Shown piece after piece: positions 39,701-48,481 of a stretch of 64,000 nt of DNA (its first letter is position 1; each line of letters opens with the position of its first letter). Below the pieces are notes generated by a model that was given only the letters and a program-made list of their open reading frames with translations, searched no databases and was not told the origin of the DNA. Made by a program: the position numbers and the translations under genes. Source of the DNA: Reinekea sp. (GTDB taxonomy: Bacteria > Pseudomonadota > Gammaproteobacteria > Pseudomonadales > Natronospirillaceae); assembly GCF_046710285.1 (NCBI RefSeq), contig NZ_JBKEGY010000018.1, positions 1,904 to 65,903 on the forward strand, in the 5' to 3' direction.

Positions 39701-40321
39701 ATGAGTCGCATCGCAATTGTGTTTATCGCATCGATGCTCGTATTATCGGGGTGTGCAACCTTAAGTGAAGACGAGTGTTTAACCGCAGATTGGTACCAAA
39801 TTGGCTATGAAGATGGTGCGCGGGGGTACCCTGATACCAGAATTGGATCTCATCGTGAAGCCTGTGCGAAGCACGGTGTAGCGCCACGCTTCCGAGATTA
39901 CCAAGACGGTCATGATGAAGGCGTGTTGTCATTCTGTACGCAACGTAATGGTTTCGTGCAAGGCCAAAAAGGCTACCAATATACAGGTATTTGCCCACCA
40001 TCAATTGAAGGTGATTTCTTAGATGCTTACCAAGCAGGTCGCGAAATATACTCAGTACGCAGTGCAGTGAGTAATTTGCAAAATGAGCAACGCAGTAACG
40101 AAAATAAAATTAGTTCGCTTAAACAAGGGTTAATTGATGCAGAAGCGTTAATGTTTGCCGCCACAACGCCAGAAGAAGAGCGCCGAAATATTTATAACAG
40201 TATTGGGCAAATGCAAGAAGACTTAGGTGCGACAGAGCAACGCAACAAGCAGCTGATTGTAGAAATAGCACAAGCACAGGCCAAACTTCGTATACTCGAA
40301 GAAAAGTATGCCTACTACTGA
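39701..40321 (+). CDS. DUF2799-type lipoprotein with C-terminal coiled coil
   Basis: A lipobox LVLSGC is followed by repeated C..DW...G..DG..G modules (ECLTADWYQIGYEDGARGY; FCTQRNGFVQGQKGYQYTGIC). Confidence 0.75.
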   Translation: MSRIAIVFIASMLVLSGCATLSEDECLTADWYQIGYEDGARGYPDTRIGSHREACAKHGVAPRFRDYQDGHDEGVLSFCTQRNGFVQGQKGYQYTGICPPSIEGDFLDAYQAGREIYSVRSAVSNLQNEQRSNENKISSLKQGLIDAEALMFAATTPEEERRNIYNSIGQMQEDLGATEQRNKQLIVEIAQAQAKLRILEEKYAYY

Positions 40322-41078
40322 GGCTAAAAAAGGCAGTGGCTGGATTGATAGCCACTGTCATCTCGACGAAGTTGAGCATTTAACCGAGCGCTTGGCAGAA
40401 GCCGCAAAGCAACAAATAAATACTTTTATAATCCCCGGAACAGCGCCAGCGCAATGGCAAAAAGCGTTAGCATTAAATTCGCCTCATATACACCTGACGG
40501 CCGGCACACATCCTTGGTATGTCTCTAATCCAACAGAAGAACTAAAAGCCTTAGAGCAATGGCTTGAAGGTCAAACGGTAATTGCTGTGGGAGAAATAGG
40601 CTTAGATTACTACCAAGGTAAGCAGCCAAGACCTGAGCAAGCGTTACAGCTCGAAACCTTTGAAGGGCAGCTCGCACTCGCCAAACAATATGATCTTCCG
40701 GTAATTTTGCACTGCGTTAAAGCGCACAACGATGTGCTTCGCTTGTTAAAGAAAAATAATGTCACTAAGGGAGTCGTACATGCGTTTTCAGGCAGTATTG
40801 AATTAGCGCAAAACTATGTCGATCAAGGTTTCCATATTGGTGTTGGGCCAATGATTTTAAAATCACCCAAAACACTTAATGCCGTGAGCCAGATTCCACT
40901 TGAGCGCATATTGCTAGAAACCGACGCACCGTTCATGGCAACCCAGCCATTAAATGCAGCAAACCCATTGTTAGATTTATTACGAGTCGCTGAAAAACTA
41001 GCCGAACAAACATCACTGTCAATAGGTGAGATCCAAACGCAAACTCGAATAAACACACAACAGTTGTTTGGTATTTGA
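40308..41078 (+). CDS. TatD-family metal-dependent hydrolase/DNase
   Basis: WIDSHCHLD, GEIGLDYY, ILHCVKAH, VVHAFSGS, LLETDAPF. Confidence 0.85.
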   Translation: MPTTEAKKGSGWIDSHCHLDEVEHLTERLAEAAKQQINTFIIPGTAPAQWQKALALNSPHIHLTAGTHPWYVSNPTEELKALEQWLEGQTVIAVGEIGLDYYQGKQPRPEQALQLETFEGQLALAKQYDLPVILHCVKAHNDVLRLLKKNNVTKGVVHAFSGSIELAQNYVDQGFHIGVGPMILKSPKTLNAVSQIPLERILLETDAPFMATQPLNAANPLLDLLRVAEKLAEQTSLSIGEIQTQTRINTQQLFGI

Positions 41079-41080
41079 TG

Positions 41081-42574
41081 TTAGAAGTTGTCAAATTCCA
41101 AATGATCTAAAATGCCATCGAGCATCAACAGTTTGTTATTTTCTTCTGCGGCCAAAATTTCATCAATCAAATCTTGGTGAGCGCTTAAACTTTGCTCAGA
41201 ATGCTGAGTGTCGACTAGCTCACCTTCACTAAATGTCTTCTCTGTGTGGCTTTTGTGAGCATTCTTAGTAATAGAAGCTTGAGTAAGTTCGCCAAGGCTG
41301 TTGGTGCTCAGAGTGCTAAGCCGGCTTTGTTGTTCTGTGCCATTGACACGAATATAATTGCCGTATTCAAAATCAGGGCGTTCCAAATGCGGCAGTGCTT
41401 TAAAGTACTCATAGGTTAAATCAAATTCATAATTCTGACGGACGTTAAGCTCTAAGTTTTCTTGGCTAATATAAGTTCTTTGCTGAACTTCTAAATTAAC
41501 TGAGCTACCATTTTGGTAGTCTATTTTAAAATCAGGTAAACCAGAAGTAACACTCTGGCCCAACCGAGTAGCCGTATCTGTGTTATTAGTTTCCGGTACA
41601 TTACTAAAAATGGCCTTAGTCGCCTCAATAAGAGCAGCCCCTTTACCGCTATATTGCCGAGCATCGCTTAAGCCATTTTCGAGTGACTTAACAAGTTCTT
41701 TAAGTGCTTGAGACTGCCCAGATTTACCCGCAATTAAATCACTGAAATCTAGGCTAATGTTGAGCTTTTGAGTACCGGCTTTAAAATCAATTGACCGTTC
41801 AGAGCTGGTGTTAGTCATTTTTAATGAAAACGACTGATTTGAGGAAGGGCCATTTTTAATGCTGAAATCGACTTTAGATATTTGATCACTTGAAAAAATA
41901 TTGACGTTAGAAAAATCAAACTCGGCATCACCAGACATAAGTTGTTTATCTAGCGCAGCAGAAAACTCGGCAATGGCTTTCTTTTCAGCCCGGTTTAGAT
42001 CGCCATCAACCGACATATCAATAGTTATATTTTTAGAGCTGTAACTCCCAGCGTTATCACTAAGCTGCCCACGGGTGTAATCTAAGTGGATATTAAAGGT
42101 CAGCTTATCGCCTTCTTTGGTTTCAATGGTTAAGGCAGTAGAAACATCCTTGGTTCGCGATTCTTGAATACGCTCCGTATGCTTAGCAGGATTAAAGTCT
42201 TTTATCCGAGTTTGAAAAAGCGTCTTTGACGAGGTTTGGCTAATGCTTGACTGGTTTGCATTCAAAGCCTCCGTCATCTGCCCATAAAGCCCTGAAACCG
42301 CGGCATAGCCACTTTGAAACCGATTTGAAAGCTTACTAGCCAGTTTAGAGTTAAGGATAGAATCCTCAGGGTGTTCGATAGTAGAGATCGTTTTAAACTC
42401 AGTGTAGAGTTCAATATTACTGTAACCTACAGGCGCAGGGGCTTGAACAACCGTGATCGACTGCTGATTGACTGACTTAAGTGGTGACGACATGGCAGGC
42501 AGCAACTCAGTCTCAGACCGCAGTGGTGTTACAGCAGCAATGGGCAAATTTGATGGTTGAACTGAAATAGCCAC
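41081..42574 (-). CDS. Hypothetical protein, 497 aa, S/T/N/Q-rich, no recognisable domain
   Basis: A long uninterrupted ORF with no signal peptide or transmembrane segment visible and no motif I can assign. It appears more AT-rich than its neighbours by eye. Confidence 0.7.
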   Translation of the reverse strand: MAISVQPSNLPIAAVTPLRSETELLPAMSSPLKSVNQQSITVVQAPAPVGYSNIELYTEFKTISTIEHPEDSILNSKLASKLSNRFQSGYAAVSGLYGQMTEALNANQSSISQTSSKTLFQTRIKDFNPAKHTERIQESRTKDVSTALTIETKEGDKLTFNIHLDYTRGQLSDNAGSYSSKNITIDMSVDGDLNRAEKKAIAEFSAALDKQLMSGDAEFDFSNVNIFSSDQISKVDFSIKNGPSSNQSFSLKMTNTSSERSIDFKAGTQKLNISLDFSDLIAGKSGQSQALKELVKSLENGLSDARQYSGKGAALIEATKAIFSNVPETNNTDTATRLGQSVTSGLPDFKIDYQNGSSVNLEVQQRTYISQENLELNVRQNYEFDLTYEYFKALPHLERPDFEYGNYIRVNGTEQQSRLSTLSTNSLGELTQASITKNAHKSHTEKTFSEGELVDTQHSEQSLSAHQDLIDEILAAEENNKLLMLDGILDHLEFDNF

Positions 42575-42676
42575 TTTCCAATGCTCCTCTATCAGGAATA
42601 GGTTAGTGTCGTTATCGGCTGCTAGGTCACAATCTTTAGCTGAACTGTGTAATTAAAAAAATCCTTAAGGAAAAAT

Positions 42677-43129
42677 ATGATCGAACCTTTTAAACCTGAG
42701 CATAGGGCTCGTTGCTATGAGATTTTTAATGAGCTTGATGGGTGGTTTGGCAGTGAAGAAATCAATTCAGATTATGCCAAGCAGCTAAGTGAAAAAAGTG
42801 CATTTGTTGCTTTAGTAAACGGACGCGTGGAAGGTGTTATATCCATCGAGTGGCACTTTGGAACTACGGCAGAAATATATTCCATGGCCACAAGCCTTGC
42901 CCTTCATCGTAAGGGTATAGGCAAGCGACTTATGCTAGCAGCAGAAAAGCTCGCTAGAGATAAAAGCTATGAATTTCTTCATGTTAAAACCTTAGGTGAC
43001 GAAGTGCCGCATCCAGGCTACAAAAATACAAGAGAGTTCTACGAAAACTACGGATTCAAGAGATTATTTCAAACCAAGGATTTGTGGGACGGTTTGCCAA
43101 CTATGCTTTATGTAAAAATAATAAAATAA
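42677..43129 (+). CDS. GNAT-family N-acetyltransferase
   Basis: 150 aa with the acetyl-CoA binding block LALHRKGIGKRLMLAAEKLA (R/Q-x-x-G-x-G/A) and a YENYGF tail. Confidence 0.8.
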   Translation: MIEPFKPEHRARCYEIFNELDGWFGSEEINSDYAKQLSEKSAFVALVNGRVEGVISIEWHFGTTAEIYSMATSLALHRKGIGKRLMLAAEKLARDKSYEFLHVKTLGDEVPHPGYKNTREFYENYGFKRLFQTKDLWDGLPTMLYVKIIK

Positions 43130-43212
43130 TTGTCAAAGTAAGCTCATGCTCACATGCAGGAAGAACTTGGAACATGGATTTAATATTAGTAGCGCATCAC
43201 AGTTACAAATAA

Positions 43213-43311
43213 GCTGAGGTACTGTAAAACTAGGACGTTCATTGGCATGGATGCCAATGACGAGCCCCCATGGACGGGTTTACGGCGTTCCTAGTTTTAC
43301 AGTACCTTAGC
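43213..43311. repeat. ~100-bp palindromic MITE/REP-like element, copy A
   Basis: Terminal arms GCTGAGGTACTGTAAAACTAGGACG / CGTTCCTAGTTTTACAGTACCTTAGC and an internal perfect hairpin TCATTGGCATGGATGCCAATGA (43239-43260), followed by CCCCCATGGACGGG. It lies between convergent genes. Confidence 0.85.
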
Positions 43312-43380
43312 GTAGCCACCACCCTGGCAAGAATGAAGAGCTCAACTAGTTGGTTGTTATAGAGCTTAAGTCACTGCAAA

Positions 43381-44241
43381 CTACTCAGGCAACTTTTCTC
43401 CACAAAACCGACAATAATCTGATTCAACTTCATGGCCATTTTTACCGCAGCCAATACAACCTCGCACATCGCGTTTGCGAACAATCGCTTTTGAAAGCTC
43501 GGCGGTGTAAATGCCGGTGGGTACAGCAATAACGGCATAGCCAATGATCATCATCATAGAGGCAATCATTTGGCCGAAGGCGGTGGTTGGGGTGAGGTCA
43601 CCATAGCCTACTGTAGTCATGGTAACGATGGCCCAATAGATACTGCGCGGTATGGAGGTAAAGCCATTGTCGGAGCCTTCAATAAGGTACATAAAGCAGC
43701 CGAACACCACGACTAGAGTACAAATAAAGTACAAAAAGACGATGATTTTCCGACGGCCAGTGACCATTGCTTCAGCCAGGGTTTCAGCTTCACGAATGTA
43801 GTTGAACAGTTTTAAAATTCTGAACACGCGTAAGATTCTGAATATACGGATGACCAGCAAAGAGTTTGCGCCAGGAATAAATAGCGACAAATAGGTCGGG
43901 ATAATTGATAGCAGGTCAATGAGCCCGTAAAAGCTAAAAATATACTTAAAGGGGTGTCGTACACAAGCAAGTCGTAGACCATACTCAATAGTGAAAGCCA
44001 GTGTGAATATCCACTCTATAATGTACAGGCTTCTGCCGAAAGGGGTATCAAGAGAAACAATACTTTCGAGAATAACCGCTAGCACACTGAGTAAAATGGC
44101 GATAATTAGAATAATATCAAAGGCTTTACCTAAACGAGATTCTGCGCCAAAAATAATATCGTTTAGGTTTATACGCCATTGGGCCATCGGCTCACTATCA
44201 GTTTTTAAAACATGAAACTTATTTGTGCGCGACTGATTCAT
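43381..44241 (-). CDS. Voltage-gated K+ channel (6TM Kv-type) with C-terminal zinc-ribbon
   Basis: An S4 segment with Arg/Lys at every third position (LLVIRIFRILRVFRILKLF), the K+ selectivity filter TTVGYGD, and a C-terminal CIGCG...CRFCG Cys4 motif. Confidence 0.9.
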   Translation of the reverse strand: MNQSRTNKFHVLKTDSEPMAQWRINLNDIIFGAESRLGKAFDIILIIAILLSVLAVILESIVSLDTPFGRSLYIIEWIFTLAFTIEYGLRLACVRHPFKYIFSFYGLIDLLSIIPTYLSLFIPGANSLLVIRIFRILRVFRILKLFNYIREAETLAEAMVTGRRKIIVFLYFICTLVVVFGCFMYLIEGSDNGFTSIPRSIYWAIVTMTTVGYGDLTPTTAFGQMIASMMMIIGYAVIAVPTGIYTAELSKAIVRKRDVRGCIGCGKNGHEVESDYCRFCGEKLPE

Positions 44242-45305
44242 TAAAAGGCTTCACCGACTGTAATGGCAAAGCTAACAGAATCTAAGTCAACATAGCCAAG
44301 GTCAAAGCGAATATTGAAGCGATCAGGGGTCATGGCAAATCTCACACCTGCACCAATACTGTAATGAAATTCAGTGAGCGAGAAGTCACCTATGGCTGGA
44401 GAAACTTGAAAGGTATCTAAAAATCCAACAGCTGCCCACTTGCTGGATAGCGTTTTACGATACTCGGTTTGAATGCCAATACTGGTGTTGTCGATCCAAC
44501 GATTACCATTGGCGCCGCGTAAGGTGCCATCACCCGAAGGGCGAGGTAAATGGGTAAACGGTGTATCATCGCTGGCTAGAGTAAACTGTCCGCTAACAGC
44601 AAGCACATCATCTGCAATGGCTAAGTATTGAGCCGCTTCTAAGTTCAATAATGAAAAGTCCTTATCACTTCCCAAGCTTGAGGTATAAATATCCCATTCC
44701 AAGCTGGCAAGTTGACCTTGAGTCGGCCAATCAATGTTGTCGCGTTGGTCGAAAATGAATTCCGCTCCGACACCATTGTATAAACCGCCATTTAAACCAA
44801 TAACCGAGTTGGTTAACAGAGTGCTTTCGGTGCCTTCTGGGTCGGTTATATCTTCAATCTCGTGGTTTTCGGCCCGAGCACTAATGCCAATACGGATGCT
44901 AGGAGTGAACAGATAGTTGGCCGTAACAGAGCCTTCTACAGTGGTGTTGGCGTACTGATCAGATTCATCCCCGGTATTATTGCCTTGACCAAAGTAACCA
45001 CTAGGCCAGTAACGGCCGCCAACCTTACCTTTAATGTTCCAATTACCTTGATCGACAAAAAAGTTTGGCCACAAATAGGCTTGGAATTGCCCTTCGGTGG
45101 TTCCTTGCAGCAGTACTTCTAAGCGATTTTGAGGTTGCTCGGGTGCAGATTGAGCAAAAATACGCATGACGTAAGCGCCATACTGAAACCCTGTCTCTGG
45201 ACTTGACCCTACCGCAGGTAAAGGTACCCATGCCGCTGGTTTCAGTGGTTCTGCAGTGGTGACGGTTGCTGCAAGCAGACATGGGATCAATAAACTGGCT
45301 TTCAT
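44241..45305 (-). CDS. POTRA-less Omp85/BamA-type outer-membrane beta-barrel protein
   Basis: A signal peptide, alternating beta-strand pattern, an L6-like LRGANGNRW motif and a C-terminal aromatic residue (...ITVGEAF). The stop overlaps the channel ATG as TAATG. Confidence 0.75.
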   Translation of the reverse strand: MKASLLIPCLLAATVTTAEPLKPAAWVPLPAVGSSPETGFQYGAYVMRIFAQSAPEQPQNRLEVLLQGTTEGQFQAYLWPNFFVDQGNWNIKGKVGGRYWPSGYFGQGNNTGDESDQYANTTVEGSVTANYLFTPSIRIGISARAENHEIEDITDPEGTESTLLTNSVIGLNGGLYNGVGAEFIFDQRDNIDWPTQGQLASLEWDIYTSSLGSDKDFSLLNLEAAQYLAIADDVLAVSGQFTLASDDTPFTHLPRPSGDGTLRGANGNRWIDNTSIGIQTEYRKTLSSKWAAVGFLDTFQVSPAIGDFSLTEFHYSIGAGVRFAMTPDRFNIRFDLGYVDLDSVSFAITVGEAF

Positions 45306-45429
45306 AGGAAGTCTCTTATATTTGTTTTATTGGGTAACTATCGTAATTGCGCATTCTATTGTCAATGCTGGTGTATTAATGAAGCAATCAAGGCTACAAT
45401 TTTTCTAATCGACAATTATGTGAATTTTC

Positions 45430-46026
45430 ATGGAAAACGAAACAGAAATAAATATCTGCGCTTTAGGAGATGGTTTTGTAAAAGGGGTTGGTGATGCCCA
45501 TAACTTAGGGTGGGCCGGTAGACTCATAGCCGAGGTGACCTTAGAGCATGGCTTGGTGAATTATTACAATTTAGGTATTCCTGGTGAAACCTCGTTAGAA
45601 GTCAGTAAACGAATTAAAGAATTGGTGCCTAGAATGACCAAAGGAGCAGATAATCGACTCATTCTCTCTTTTGGAGTAGAAGACACCGTACAGGTCGATA
45701 ATAAAACGGTTGTGTCAAATCAAGAGTCAATCGAGGCGCTCACACAGCTTATATCCCAAACACGGCGACATTTTAAAATCATGGTTGTAGGGTTGGCGCC
45801 TGTTTATGATCCTCAGCGTAATAACCGAATTAGACGCCTCAATAGCTTATTCCGTGAGTTGTGCTCTAAAAACAGAATCCCGTTTGTAGATATATATACC
45901 TCTTTGTCTGAGAACGTTGAATATAAACGAGCCTTGGCAAAGGGCGACAAGATTCACCCGCAAGACAGCGGTTATGAAAAAATCTACGACTTAATTTCTA
46001 ACGACCGGGCTTGGTGGTTTAGTTAA
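45430..46026 (+). CDS. SGNH/GDSL-like hydrolase family protein
   Basis: A block I-like ICALGDGFVKGVGD and a C-terminal D..HP block (GDKIHPQDSGY). This is a family-level call only. Confidence 0.7.
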   Translation: MENETEINICALGDGFVKGVGDAHNLGWAGRLIAEVTLEHGLVNYYNLGIPGETSLEVSKRIKELVPRMTKGADNRLILSFGVEDTVQVDNKTVVSNQESIEALTQLISQTRRHFKIMVVGLAPVYDPQRNNRIRRLNSLFRELCSKNRIPFVDIYTSLSENVEYKRALAKGDKIHPQDSGYEKIYDLISNDRAWWFS

Positions 46027-46634
46027 TGGCATCTACCTTAGCAGCACCGGTCTTTTATGAATTAGAAATAAAAAAGAGCCGGTTTTTGGCTTGGTTAGAG
46101 CCCGTGGCTACGCAAGCCCAAGCCAAACAAAGAATCCAAGAGATACGATCCCAATATGCAGACGCTCGACACGTTTGCTTTGCTTATTACGTTCAAGGGT
46201 CCAGTGGACTAAGTGACGACGGTGAGCCCTCAGGTACCGCAGCCAAACCCATGTTCAATGTAATTGCCCACAATGATTTAATTAATGTAATTGCTATAGT
46301 TGTCCGTTATTTTGGTGGCATTAAATTAGGGGCGGGTGGTTTAGCACGCGCATACGGTGGCGCAGTTTCTCAAGCGATGAGCTTAGCTGAGATTGTAGTG
46401 GTAGAGCGTGAACTTTGCTTTGACTTGAGTTTTGATTTTTCTCTAGAAAGCCAAGTTCGGCATGTACTAGCACCCTTTAACATTGAACTAGAAAACATAG
46501 AATACACCGACAAAGTCACCGCCAGTTTGACGGTGGTAGAATCAATAGCAGCACAATTAAGCCAAGACATCGCAGCAATAGCCCCCGGTAATCCGCTGTT
46601 TGAAATTAAGCTGCGCAAAGAGCCAGAAGTTTAA
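46026..46634 (+). CDS. yigZ: IMPACT-family protein YigZ
   Basis: YELEIKKSRFLAWL, ARHVCFAY, DDGEPSGTAAKPM and VVRYFGGIKLGAGGLARAYG are hallmark YigZ/UPF0029 blocks. The start overlaps the upstream stop as TAATG. Confidence 0.88.
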   Translation: MASTLAAPVFYELEIKKSRFLAWLEPVATQAQAKQRIQEIRSQYADARHVCFAYYVQGSSGLSDDGEPSGTAAKPMFNVIAHNDLINVIAIVVRYFGGIKLGAGGLARAYGGAVSQAMSLAEIVVVERELCFDLSFDFSLESQVRHVLAPFNIELENIEYTDKVTASLTVVESIAAQLSQDIAAIAPGNPLFEIKLRKEPEV

Positions 46635-46668
46635 AAGCTGAATAGATAACACAATTCTAAAACTGAGT

Positions 46669-46765
46669 TGAGGCACTGTAAAAATCGGGTGTTCATTGGC
46701 ATGGATGCCAATGACAAGCCCCCATGGATGGGTTCATGGCGTCCCTATTTTTACAGTGCCTCAGC
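46669..46765. repeat. Palindromic MITE/REP-like element, copy B
   Basis: Arms GAGGCACTGTAAAAATCGGG / CCCTATTTTTACAGTGCCTC, an internal TCATTGGCATGGATGCCAATGA (46693-46714) and CCCCCATGGATGGG. Orientation is the same as copy A, again between convergent genes. Confidence 0.85.
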
Positions 46766-46804
46766 TCTGACCGCCACCGTTCATAAGTGAGCAGCTTCGA
46801 CCTA

Positions 46805-47602
46805 CTATGTGTTTGACGACAATGCCCGTTCAGGTAAGGAGTCTTTAAAGCCAATGCCTCGATGTGTGTGTGGCAACTCTAATGCATCGGCAATAGAGTG
46901 CATGCAGGTATCGGCTAAGGTTTTTCTGTCTAACTCGGCGCTTTGAATGGTCGGTAGCAACTGTACTTTTACATCGGTTCGCCAACGTCCTAATACGCGC
47001 CATAGGTTGGCGGGTAAAGATTCATCCCCAAAGCCAATCTCTAGTGATTTTTGATGCTTCAATTTGTACTCAATGGCAACCGGCATAACCGGTACTTTGC
47101 CGTCTATGGCGGCGGCAAATAATCTTGGGTGAAATTGACGAACAGAATAGCCATCGCCTGTGGTGGCTTCAGGGAAAAAGTTTAAGCAGTGATTTTTGTC
47201 TAAATATTGTTGCATTAATTTTCTAACTTGCTCTATCTGGCCACTGCCTCGCTGAATAAACAAAGTGCCTGCATGTGTAGCGAGCCAACCAAGAATCGGG
47301 ATTTTTTTGACTTCATCTTTTGATAAAAAATAACAGGGCAGTACACTGCCTAATACAGGAATGTCGAGCCAACTCACATGGTTGCTCGCGATCAACATCC
47401 CCGCAGGTTTGTAGTCGCCAACACGCTCCACACGAATATTCATTACCATTAGCATCAGTGAATACCAAAGCTGGGCCACCTTTTGTATCGCTAATGGACG
47501 TTTGAATAGAGTGTCTACAATTGTTGCTATTACAATAAATAACACGCCAAGTAACAACAATAAAAAGAGGTTGAAAATTCTGATGATTTTAACGAACAGC
47601 AT
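46805..47602 (-). CDS. Lysophospholipid/1-acyl-glycerol-3-phosphate acyltransferase family (PlsC-like)
   Basis: An N-terminal transmembrane segment, the HX4D motif NHVSWLDI, and FPEATTGDG. The ATG at 47602 (MLFVKIIRIF...) is preferred, because the longer start (47692) would overlap the upstream gene. Confidence 0.8.
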   Translation of the reverse strand: MLFVKIIRIFNLFLLLLLGVLFIVIATIVDTLFKRPLAIQKVAQLWYSLMLMVMNIRVERVGDYKPAGMLIASNHVSWLDIPVLGSVLPCYFLSKDEVKKIPILGWLATHAGTLFIQRGSGQIEQVRKLMQQYLDKNHCLNFFPEATTGDGYSVRQFHPRLFAAAIDGKVPVMPVAIEYKLKHQKSLEIGFGDESLPANLWRVLGRWRTDVKVQLLPTIQSAELDRKTLADTCMHSIADALELPHTHRGIGFKDSLPERALSSNT

Positions 47603-47649
47603 AGGTGACAGGGGTCTCTGATTTGAAGCCGTAATAATGAGCGATCTAA

Positions 47650-48420
47650 TTAAAAATTGATACCTAGGCCGATAGCTAAAGGTAAGCTCCATTTGGCTGA
47701 GACTATATCATTGTCGAAACCTACTTCGGTTTCAGCGTTATGCAAAGTTAACGTAGGGGCTAAATGCGACTCTACTGTAACAGTACCTAAGTCTATTTGA
47801 ATACCGACAGGTACTGCGAGGAAAAATGTACCGATACCGTCACCTCTGACTTCTCTACCCGCTACGTTCAACGGCGAAGCAAAAGCAAATGAAGCCACCC
47901 CAGTGCCCATGCGGCCACCCAATTCAAATGCAACGTCATTGAATTGTTTAATGGCGCTGATGTCTCCACTTATTTCAAATATATGCAAATCGCGTAAACC
48001 TTCACTGTGTGGAGAGGTAAACACAGCGGGAGAGTAACCAAGGCTGAAACGGTACTGAATTTGGTTGTCTTTCCCGGCAAGGCTTAATTTCATCCCTGGC
48101 AACTGTGTATAGCCTTGGCGGTGAAAACTAGTCGTTTGTGTTCGGTATAGCGAAACACGGGAGTCTAAGCTGGTTAGGTTTAGGTCATCATCAAAGTAGA
48201 AAGGGTCAGAAACGACGGCAATATTGGCTTGAATATGACTGTTTGAATAAAAGCCGGAATAAGAGGGTGAAGAAATGATTGAGTTATCAGTTTGCGAGGT
48301 GCTGGCAGCAGCTTTCGCGGCTTCAGATAATGGCGTACTTATATTGTGCTTTTGCTGTGAGCTACACCCTAAAAGTAGCATTATTATGAATGAGCATAGA
48401 AATTGAGCGAATTTAGCCAT
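47650..48420 (-). CDS. Putative outer-membrane lipoprotein / small beta-barrel
   Basis: A signal peptide with lipobox LLLGCSS, an alternating beta-strand pattern and a terminal Phe (GLGINF). No family is recognised. Confidence 0.65.
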   Translation of the reverse strand: MAKFAQFLCSFIIMLLLGCSSQQKHNISTPLSEAAKAAASTSQTDNSIISSPSYSGFYSNSHIQANIAVVSDPFYFDDDLNLTSLDSRVSLYRTQTTSFHRQGYTQLPGMKLSLAGKDNQIQYRFSLGYSPAVFTSPHSEGLRDLHIFEISGDISAIKQFNDVAFELGGRMGTGVASFAFASPLNVAGREVRGDGIGTFFLAVPVGIQIDLGTVTVESHLAPTLTLHNAETEVGFDNDIVSAKWSLPLAIGLGINF

Positions 48421-48481
48421 GACGTCAGCGCTGTTATTAGGTGAATAGAGTGTATAGAAGGTTAGGGTAATTGACTAAAGC

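Noticed and set aside
47603-47692. A long N-terminal extension of the acyltransferase ORF (start at 47692), and similar extensions for ibpA (4775), envC (36269), glnA (28431) and folK (21642).
   Set aside because: The extensions overlap upstream genes or lack an RBS. Internal ATGs with a Shine-Dalgarno sequence or with homology-consistent N-termini are preferred.
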